Below the pieces are notes generated by a model. The model was not told the DNA's origin, searched no databases, and saw only the letters and a list, made by a program, of their open reading frames with translations. A stretch of 64,000 bases of DNA from assembly GCA_900545935.1 (NCBI GenBank), contig URAP01000001.1:65064-129063 (forward strand). Reading direction: 5' to 3'. The stretch comes from an uncultured Eubacteriales bacterium (GTDB lineage: Bacteria > Bacillota > Clostridia > Oscillospirales > CAG-272). Of this stretch, positions 55,783 to 64,000 are shown one piece after another. Made by a program: the position numbers and the translations under genes. Within the stretch, counting starts at the first letter, position 1, and each line of letters opens with the position of its first letter.

Positions 55783-56979
55783 TTATTCTCTTCCCGAAAG
55801 CAATCCGTCGACAAGTTGACGTGCAAGCCGCGCGGAACGGTTTCCTCGTTCGAGCGCAAAGCGCTCGGCAAGGAGGTCGAGCTTATCCTCCGGAATATCA
55901 ATGCCCTGCTGCTGTGCAAGACGGCGCACGATATGCAGATAGGTCTGCTTATCCGGCTTTGAAAATGTAATATGCAGACCGAAGCGCTCGGAGAGCGAAA
56001 CAAGCTCCTGCATAGTATCGTTTCGATGGATGTCGTCACCCTCCCGATCTGAAAAGCGCTCCTTGACTATATGTCTGCGATTGCTTGTAGCATAGATAAC
56101 CACATTTGCAGAGCGTGCGGCGACCGAGCCCTCAAGCACCGCCTTGAGCGAACCGAAATTATCGTCGTCTCCGCTGAACGAAAGATCGTCGATAAACAGC
56201 ACAAATTTAAGCGGATTGCCGGACAGCTCGTCAAGAACGCGAGGTATCTCACGCAGTTGATCCTTGCGCAGCTCGATTATTCGCAAGCCCTCGCGCCACA
56301 GCGCGTTTGCCACAGCCTTTACGGTAGATGACTTGCCAGTCCCGGCATCGCCCGAGAGCAGTATGTTTGCCGCAGGCTTTCCGTTGAGCAGTGCGCGGGT
56401 GTTGTTCATGATTATCTCACGCTGACGCTCATAGCCTATAAGATCGGAAAGCTCCGTCCTATCGGGATGCAGAACTGCGGTTATCGTGCCGTCGTCGGCA
56501 AGATAGAACATGTGATGCTCGGCATATATGCCGTACCCGTATTTTCCGATATTGTCTACCCGATGCAGATACAGCTCACGCAGATCCGGCGCAGACGATG
56601 AAAACGAAGGCAGGAAGCCATCGTAATCAAGCTCTGCGCGCAGAGCGTCGGGAGTCAGAGCGGCAATTCGTCCGAGCAGCTCAAGCTCGGAGACAAGCGC
56701 CTCGAACATATAGTCAGGCACAATACCGGCAGAAGCCGCGGCCTTGACATATACATTTTCATCGTTCTCACACAGAGCACGAACATGCTCTCCCATATCA
56801 CCGCCGTACTCATAGAGCGCGGAAACAAAGGCGGCATATGCCGGCGCAGAGGGCACGGCGAAAAACTCACGCAGCGCCGAGATCACGGGATCGCGGAGCA
56901 GAGAGCGGAAGATACACAGCGTATCAAGTCCCGCAAGCAGCTCCGATCTTGTTTTTTGTCCGTCCATAGTTACACTCAT
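55783..56979 (-). CDS. DUF815-type AAA-like ATP-binding protein
   Basis: NILLSGDAGTGKSSTVKA Walker A and FVLFIDDLSF Walker B. Start set at ATG 56979, 1 nt after the ilvD stop; the ORF-track start 57069 would overlap ilvD by 89 nt. Confidence 0.7.
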   Translation of the reverse strand: MSVTMDGQKTRSELLAGLDTLCIFRSLLRDPVISALREFFAVPSAPAYAAFVSALYEYGGDMGEHVRALCENDENVYVKAAASAGIVPDYMFEALVSELELLGRIAALTPDALRAELDYDGFLPSFSSSAPDLRELYLHRVDNIGKYGYGIYAEHHMFYLADDGTITAVLHPDRTELSDLIGYERQREIIMNNTRALLNGKPAANILLSGDAGTGKSSTVKAVANALWREGLRIIELRKDQLREIPRVLDELSGNPLKFVLFIDDLSFSGDDDNFGSLKAVLEGSVAARSANVVIYATSNRRHIVKERFSDREGDDIHRNDTMQELVSLSERFGLHITFSKPDKQTYLHIVRRLAQQQGIDIPEDKLDLLAERFALERGNRSARLARQLVDGLLSGRE

Positions 56980-56980
56980 A

Positions 56981-58636
56981 TCAGTTGAGTATCGCGCCGG
57001 ATGCGCCGCTCGAGACAAGCGCTGCATAGCGGCGCAGGTATCCGGACAGCTCCTTCTTTTTAGGCACAAAATTCTTCATTCGTTCTTCGAGCACAGCTTC
57101 ATCGACCTTGAGCTCGATACGGTTCTCGGGGATATTGATGCTGATAATATCGCCCTCCTCGACAACGCCTATCATGCCGCCGGAGGCTGCCTCCGGGCTG
57201 ACGTGACCGATGCATGCGCCGCGCGTGGCGCCGCTGAAGCGTCCGTCGGTGATGAGTGCAACACTGCTGCCGAGTCCCATTCCCATAATAGCGGAGGTGG
57301 GGTTCAGCATCTCGCGCATACCGGGTCCGCCCTTAGGCCCCTCGTAGCGTATAACGACGACATCACCCGCCTTTATCTTGCCCGCATTGATAGCCGCCTG
57401 CGCCTCCTCCTCTGAGTCGAACACACGTGCGGGGCCCTCATGCACAAGCATCTCGGGAAGCACGGCGGAGCGCTTTACTACGCTGCCCTCGGGGGCAAGA
57501 TTGCCCTTGAGCACCGCAATTCCGCCCGTCTCGCTGAACGGGTTGTCTATCGGGCGGATGGTATCGGTATCAAGTATCTCACAGCCCTCGATATTCTCGC
57601 CTATCGTATGCCCGGTAACGGTTATGCAGTCGGTATTCAGCAGTCCGCGCTTTGTCAGCTCGTGCATTACGGCATATACGCCGCCCGCCTCGTTAAGATC
57701 CTCCATATAGGTCCTGCCCGCGGGAGCAAGATGACATAGATTTGGCGTTTTTGCGCTGATATCGTTTGCTATATCAAGATTCAGCTCAACACCGCACTCA
57801 TGCGCAATAGCGGGCAGATGCAGCATGCTGTTCGTCGAACAGCCGAGTGCCATATCGACGGTAAGAGCGTTCATCAGCGCCTCGCGCGTCATGATATCAC
57901 GCGGTCTGATATTGCGGCGCAGCAGCTCCATTACAGCCATGCCCGCATGCTTTGCAAGCTCAATACGGGCAGAATAGACAGCGGGAATAGTGCCGTTGCC
58001 GCGCAGACCCATACCGAGCGCTTCGGTCAGGCAGTTCATGGAGTTAGCAGTGTACATGCCCGAGCATGAGCCGCATGATGGGCAGGTCTTGCATTCGTAC
58101 TCGAGCAGCTTTTTGTCGTCAATCTTTCCAGCGTTATACGCGCCGACAGCCTCGAACATACTCGAGAGGCTTGTCTTTTTACCCTCTACCCTGCCTGCGA
58201 GCATAGGACCGCCGCTGACAAATACGGTAGGCACATTGACTCGTGCCGCCGCCATGAGCAGACCGGGGACGTTCTTATCGCAGTTCGGCACCATGACAAG
58301 AGCGTCAAAGCCGTGAGCGAGCGCCATAGCCTCGGTAGAATCGGCAATGAGATCGCGTGTGACGAGTGAATACTTCATTCCGGTATGACCCATCGCGATA
58401 CCGTCGCAGACGGCGATAGCGGGAAATACGATAGGCGTACCGCCCGCCATTGCAACACCGAGCTTGACAGCCTCGACTATCTTATCTATGTTCATATGTC
58501 CGGGAACTATCTCATTATACGAGCTGACGATACCGATAAGCGGTCTCGCCTGTTCCTCCTCGGTCAGACCGAGCGCGTGAAACAGACTGCGGTGGGGCGC
58601 GTTCTGCACCCCGTCGACAATGTTTTCTCTCGACAT
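56981..58636 (-). CDS. ilvD: dihydroxy-acid dehydratase
   Basis: [24 protein letters not shown] and [10 protein letters not shown] motifs. RBS GGAGG upstream. Confidence 0.95.
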   Translation of the reverse strand: MSRENIVDGVQNAPHRSLFHALGLTEEEQARPLIGIVSSYNEIVPGHMNIDKIVEAVKLGVAMAGGTPIVFPAIAVCDGIAMGHTGMKYSLVTRDLIADSTEAMALAHGFDALVMVPNCDKNVPGLLMAAARVNVPTVFVSGGPMLAGRVEGKKTSLSSMFEAVGAYNAGKIDDKKLLEYECKTCPSCGSCSGMYTANSMNCLTEALGMGLRGNGTIPAVYSARIELAKHAGMAVMELLRRNIRPRDIMTREALMNALTVDMALGCSTNSMLHLPAIAHECGVELNLDIANDISAKTPNLCHLAPAGRTYMEDLNEAGGVYAVMHELTKRGLLNTDCITVTGHTIGENIEGCEILDTDTIRPIDNPFSETGGIAVLKGNLAPEGSVVKRSAVLPEMLVHEGPARVFDSEEEAQAAINAGKIKAGDVVVIRYEGPKGGPGMREMLNPTSAIMGMGLGSSVALITDGRFSGATRGACIGHVSPEAASGGMIGVVEEGDIISINIPENRIELKVDEAVLEERMKNFVPKKKELSGYLRRYAALVSSGASGAILN

Positions 58637-58649
58637 AAAATGCCTCCGA

Positions 58650-59684
<1,035 letters not shown>

Positions 59685-59711
59685 TTATTTGATTTTGGTT
59701 TAATGCGTAAA

Positions 59712-60218
59712 TTAAAGATTTATTACCTGACGAATGGTCGTGCTGCCCTTTTCAAGCGACACGCTGCCGGTACGGCAGATCTCGAGGATCGTATAATCGC
59801 GGAGAATGTTGATAAAATCGTCTATTCTTCTCGAGCTGTCGGTCAGGCGGAAGGTAATATAATCCTTGGAATAATCAACGGTAACGGCTCCGAAAGCATC
59901 TGCTGCACGCTGAATGTCGTCGCGAGACTCAAGCTCATTCTTCATCTTAATGAGCAACAGCTCGCAGCTGACCGAGTTATCCTCGCTGAATTCCTTGATC
60001 GAGCAAACATCGGGCAGCTTATACAGCTGATTGATGAGCTGCTGCTTCGAGGTCTCCTCGCCGTCGAAAACGACGGTGATTCGCGAAAGATCGCTCGTCT
60101 CGGTCTCGCTGACCGTAAGTGCGCTGATATTGAACTGGCGACGACGGAAAAGGCTTGTTACACGGTTGAGAACACCGAACCGATTCCGTACAAGAACGGC
60201 TACTGTATACTTGCTCAT
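59712..60218 (-). CDS. ilvN: acetolactate synthase small (regulatory) subunit
   Basis: ACT-domain start VLVRNRFGVLNRVTSLFRRRQFNI. 4-nt overlap with ilvB. Confidence 0.9.
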   Translation of the reverse strand: MSKYTVAVLVRNRFGVLNRVTSLFRRRQFNISALTVSETETSDLSRITVVFDGEETSKQQLINQLYKLPDVCSIKEFSEDNSVSCELLLIKMKNELESRDDIQRAADAFGAVTVDYSKDYITFRLTDSSRRIDDFINILRDYTILEICRTGSVSLEKGSTTIRQVINL

Positions 60219-61897
60219 TTTTCCACCTCCGCCTTTACTATGATATCATCCATACTGCCTCCGGGCGGGAGCATGGGGAGGACAAATTCGTCCTTGTCTA
60301 TACGGCAATCGACGATATACGGTCCTTCCGCCGCAAATGCGCGGGTAAGCGCCGCATCAAGCTCCTTGGGGGTCGTGACCGTCTCACCGTCTGCGCCGAA
60401 TGAGCGGGCAAATGCGGGGAAGTCGGTCTTGCGGTTAAGTACGGTATTCGAGTAATGCTTGTTGAAAAAGAGCGTCTGCCACTGACGTACCATTCCGAGC
60501 ACTCCGTTATTGAGAATAAGAATGACAATCGGAATATTGTAGGTAACGGCGGTAGCAAGCTCCTGCAGACACATGCCGAAGCTGCCGTCTCCGGTAACGA
60601 GAACGCTGCGTTCTCGCGTTCCGAAAGCCGCACCGATAGCCGCTCCGAATCCGAAGCCCATAGTCCCGAGACCGCCGCTCGATATGAATCTGCGAGGTGT
60701 GCGGAACGAGAGGTTCTGCGCAGCCCACATCTGATGCTGACCGACGTCGGTACAGACGGCGGTATTCTCGCCGAGGTGGCGGTTAAGTGTAAGAATGGCA
60801 TTTCTCGGGGTCATGCCCGCTCTGTGATCGAGGTACTCATCCTCTCCGGCACGGAAGCCGTCGACCTCCGCTCTCCATTCGGGCTTTTCGCCCGCAGTGA
60901 TGAGCGGGAGCAGCGCATCGAGCGTGGGCTTGACATCACCGCGCAGACCGCATACGGCATTTACCGTCTTGGAAAGCTCGGAGCCGTCAACATCGATGTG
61001 CACTATCTTAGCGCCCGTTGCGAACTTGTGTCTGTTGCCTGTTACGCGGTCATTAAAGCGTACGCCGAGCGAGATAATGAGATCGGCATGATGCATCGCC
61101 ATAGAGGAAGCATAGTGACCGTGCATGCCCTGCATTCCGAGAAAACGCGGATGATCGGTCGGAATGCCCGATATTCCCATGAGCGAGCAGCCTATCGGCG
61201 CGTCGATCATATCGGCAAGGCGCAGCATCTCCTCCTGAGCCCCTGCGGTTATCATACCGCCGCCGAAGTAGATGTATGGACGACGTGCGGCATTTATATA
61301 ATTCGCAGCCTCCTTAATGCGTATCTCCTTGGCTGCCTTAGGCGGCTCGGGCTTTGCCGGAGGCTGAGGCTCATAGTCGCAGCATGCGATCTGAACATCC
61401 TTGGGTACGTCGATGAGTACCGGTCCGGGTCTGCCGGATGCCGCAAGTGCAAACGCCTCGCGTATAGTGTCTGCAAGCTCCTCAACTCTGCCCACAAAAT
61501 AGTTGTGCTTCGTTATCGGGAGCGTAACGCCCGTGATGTCTATCTCCTGAAAGCTGTCGGTGCCTATCTGCGTCGTAGGAACGTTACCGCAGATAGCGAC
61601 TATCGGAACGGAATCGAGGCATGCGGTCGCAATCCCGGTAACAAGGTTCGTCGCGCCGGGGCCGGAGGTGGATATTACTACCCCGACCTTTCCTGTGGCT
61701 CTTGCATAACCGTCTGCGGCATGTGCCGCCCCCTGCTCATGCGCCGTGAGTATGTGATTTATTTCATTCTGATGTGTATAGAGGCTGTCGTATACATTGA
61801 GTATCTGTCCGCCCGGATAGCCGAAAACGGTATCACAGCCCTGCTCTATTAATGTCTTAACAATTATATCTGCACCGGAAAGCCGCATTGACATCAC
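60215..61897 (-). CDS. ilvB: acetolactate synthase large subunit (ThDP-dependent)
   Basis: GYPGG and the ThDP motif GDGSFGM...NNGVLGMVRQWQ. 560 aa. Confidence 0.93.
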   Translation of the reverse strand: MMSMRLSGADIIVKTLIEQGCDTVFGYPGGQILNVYDSLYTHQNEINHILTAHEQGAAHAADGYARATGKVGVVISTSGPGATNLVTGIATACLDSVPIVAICGNVPTTQIGTDSFQEIDITGVTLPITKHNYFVGRVEELADTIREAFALAASGRPGPVLIDVPKDVQIACCDYEPQPPAKPEPPKAAKEIRIKEAANYINAARRPYIYFGGGMITAGAQEEMLRLADMIDAPIGCSLMGISGIPTDHPRFLGMQGMHGHYASSMAMHHADLIISLGVRFNDRVTGNRHKFATGAKIVHIDVDGSELSKTVNAVCGLRGDVKPTLDALLPLITAGEKPEWRAEVDGFRAGEDEYLDHRAGMTPRNAILTLNRHLGENTAVCTDVGQHQMWAAQNLSFRTPRRFISSGGLGTMGFGFGAAIGAAFGTRERSVLVTGDGSFGMCLQELATAVTYNIPIVILILNNGVLGMVRQWQTLFFNKHYSNTVLNRKTDFPAFARSFGADGETVTTPKELDAALTRAFAAEGPYIVDCRIDKDEFVLPMLPPGGSMDDIIVKAEVEK

Positions 61898-62961
61898 TCC
61901 TTTCTAAGATAACCGGTAATAAGCTCGCCGCAGCGGCTGCAGCCGACGCGGGTCTTGCCCTCGCTCATGATATCCGCCGTGCGGTAGCCTGCATCGAGAT
62001 AATCGGATACGGCACGCTCGATCGCATTCGCCTCCTGCGGCATATCAAAGCTGTAGCGCAGCATCATAGCCGCCGAGAGGATAGTACCTATCGGGTTTGC
62101 AATATCTTGTCCCGCAATATCAGGTGCAGAGCCGTGTATAGGCTCATAGAGTCCGCAGGAGGTCGCGCCGAGGCTCGAGGACGGTATCATTCCGATAGAG
62201 CCTGTTATCATGGACGCTTCGTCCGAAAGAATGTCTCCGAACATATTCTCGGTCACGATAACATCGAACTGCGACGGATCCTTGACAATCTGCATAGCGC
62301 AGTTGTCAACGAGCATGTCGGACAGCTCGACATCGGGATACTCCTCCGCAAGGCGGTGCATCACTCGCTTCCACATACGGCTCGAGTCGAGAACATTGCT
62401 TTTTTCGACCGAGCAGAGACGGCGGGAGCGGCGGCGTGCGGTCTCAAAGCCTATTCTGCCGATGCGCTCTATCTCCGGCTCGCGGTATCTGAGCACGTCG
62501 GTCGCGGTATTGCCCTCGGTGATATGCTCACCGAAATAGATGCCTCCGATGAGCTCGCGAACGATGATAAAGTCGATTCCGCGGTCAACGATAGAACTTT
62601 TAAGCGGCGATGCATCGGCGAGCTGCCGCCAAATCTTAGCGGGGCGGTTGTTCGAGTAAACGCCCATGCCTGCACGCAGGCGGAGCAGACCCTTTTCGGG
62701 ACGCTTCTCGCCGGGCAGACCGTTCCACTTGCTGCCGCCGACTGCACCGAGCAGAACACTGTCCGAGCCTACGCATTTTTCGAGCTCGGAATCCGGGAGC
62801 GGATCTTCGTATTTGTCGATAGCACAGCCTCCCATATCTACATCGGTGTATGTGAAGCTGTGTCCGTAAAGCTCGGCTATGCGGTCGAGCACGCGCAGCG
62901 TTTGTCCGATGATCTCGGGACCTATACCGTCGCCGCGTATTACAGCAATATTCTTATTCAT
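61894..62961 (-). CDS. leuB: 3-isopropylmalate dehydrogenase
   Basis: [33 protein letters not shown] and [13 protein letters not shown] motifs. Confidence 0.95.
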   Translation of the reverse strand: MNKNIAVIRGDGIGPEIIGQTLRVLDRIAELYGHSFTYTDVDMGGCAIDKYEDPLPDSELEKCVGSDSVLLGAVGGSKWNGLPGEKRPEKGLLRLRAGMGVYSNNRPAKIWRQLADASPLKSSIVDRGIDFIIVRELIGGIYFGEHITEGNTATDVLRYREPEIERIGRIGFETARRRSRRLCSVEKSNVLDSSRMWKRVMHRLAEEYPDVELSDMLVDNCAMQIVKDPSQFDVIVTENMFGDILSDEASMITGSIGMIPSSSLGATSCGLYEPIHGSAPDIAGQDIANPIGTILSAAMMLRYSFDMPQEANAIERAVSDYLDAGYRTADIMSEGKTRVGCSRCGELITGYLRKE

Positions 62962-63448
62962 TGCCCTCCTCCTTCAGCGATTTAAGCAGTCCGCCGCACC
63001 TGATTATGTTCTGAATAAACGGCGGGAACGGCTGTGCCTTATATGTTTTACCGGTGGTGATGTCGCTTATCTCTCCCGTGTCGAAATCGACCCTTACCTC
63101 GTCGCCCGCAGCAATCTCCTCCGCAGCCTGCTCGCATTCGAGGATAGGCAGACCGATATTTATCGCATTGCGGTAGAAGATGCGCGCAAAGCTCTTTGCT
63201 ATAACGCAGCCTGTGCCGCAGGTTTTGATTACGAGCGGCGCATGCTCACGCGACGAGCCGCAGCCGAAGTTCCATCCTGCTACTATTACGTCTCCTGCGC
63301 TGACCCTGCCTACAAACGACGGGTCGATATCCTCCATGCAGTGCTGTGCAAGCTCCGCAGCATCGGGGGTGTTAAGGTAGCGCGCGGGAATGATAACGTC
63401 GGTATCGACGTTATCGGGATACTTAAAAACCCTGCCCTGTGTATTCAT
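62954..63448 (-). CDS. leuD: 3-isopropylmalate dehydratase small subunit
   Basis: [12 protein letters not shown] motif. 164 aa. Confidence 0.93.
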   Translation of the reverse strand: MNTQGRVFKYPDNVDTDVIIPARYLNTPDAAELAQHCMEDIDPSFVGRVSAGDVIVAGWNFGCGSSREHAPLVIKTCGTGCVIAKSFARIFYRNAINIGLPILECEQAAEEIAAGDEVRVDFDTGEISDITTGKTYKAQPFPPFIQNIIRCGGLLKSLKEEGNE

Positions 63449-63451
63449 CGC

Positions 63452-64000
63452 TCACGCCTCCTTATACTCGGTGATATAACCTGCGAGCGCACTTGCCGCA
63501 GCGGTCTGCGGGGAAGCAAGATACACCTCGCTGTCGACATGACCCATGCGTCCGACGAAATTGCGGTTGGTCGTTGCAATGCAGCGCTCGCCTGCCGCGA
63601 GAATTCCCATGTATCCGCCGAGACAGGGTCCGCAGGTCGGTGTCGAAACGACTGCGCCTGCGTCGATAAATGCGGTATACCATCCGCGCTCGACGCACTC
63701 ACGCAGTATCTTCATCGTTGCGGGGATTATGATACAGCGAACTCCGTCCGCGATATGCTTGTCTCTCAGGATGCTATAGGCAGCCTCCATATCCTCGAGA
63801 CGTCCGTTTGTGCATGAGCCGATAACGACCTGATCTATCTTTATATCATGCAGCTCGCTTGCGGGGCGGGTATTCTCGGGCAGATGCGGGCATGCTACGG
63901 TAGGTTTTATCTTCGTAAGATCAATGTCGATAACGCGCTCATACTCCGCATCGGGGTCTGCTGTGTATATGATCGGCTCGCGCTCGCTTCTGCCGCGCAG
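63452..64000 (-). CDS. leuC: 3-isopropylmalate dehydratase large subunit, C-terminal part (5' end outside window)
   Basis: The frame stays open to nt 64000. Aconitase-family motifs GSCTNGR (just upstream of the ORF-track Met), CGPCLG and [11 protein letters not shown]. Confidence 0.9.
   Translation of the reverse strand: MRGRSEREPIIYTADPDAEYERVIDIDLTKIKPTVACPHLPENTRPASELHDIKIDQVVIGSCTNGRLEDMEAAYSILRDKHIADGVRCIIIPATMKILRECVERGWYTAFIDAGAVVSTPTCGPCLGGYMGILAAGERCIATTNRNFVGRMGHVDSEVYLASPQTAAASALAGYITEYKEA

Overview
This 64-kb window reads as core chromosome of an endospore-forming, moderately GC-rich Clostridia-type Firmicute. Supporting that: an alpha/beta-type SASP gene, Gram-positive lipoboxes, a rimP-nusA-ylxR-L7Ae-infB operon and a leuCDB-ilvBNCD operon. 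About 50 protein-coding genes can be supported from motifs in the translated ORFs. They include an Fe-S/flavoprotein operon (AsrA/AsrB-like plus FrdB/FrdA-like) ending in an AAE-family transporter, potABCD, TetR plus oleate hydratase, pgi, a PBP5-type carboxypeptidase, folD and lgt. They also include a 2416-aa cyclic beta-1,2-glucan-synthase-like giant, mfd, feoA-feoA-feoB with a small Cys-rich membrane peptide the ORF track missed, and a divergent DtxR-family regulator. The rest are a Gfo/Idh/MocA oxidoreductase, an E2-like acyltransferase coupled to an acyl-CoA ligase, LysR plus a heterodimeric ABC exporter, a CaCA antiporter and a DUF815 ATPase. I saw no rRNA, tRNA, CRISPR array, transposase/integrase or recognisable defence island, so this is not an obvious accessory region. 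The items most worth a second look are: (1) the anchor-less fumarate-reductase-like complex linked to an AsrAB-type module and an AAE exporter. (2) A roughly 530-nt structured leader with an intrinsic terminator in front of potABCD, inside a 980-bp gene-free gap. (3) The Cgs-like giant in a Gram-positive context. (4) An E2-like protein whose canonical catalytic His reads Glu, translationally coupled to an adenylating enzyme. (5) The feo/dtxR control region, with consensus promoters and DtxR-box-like palindromes. The many long antisense ORFs in the track are shadow ORFs. All calls come from reading the sequence and translations by eye, with no database search, so family names are motif-based assignments.
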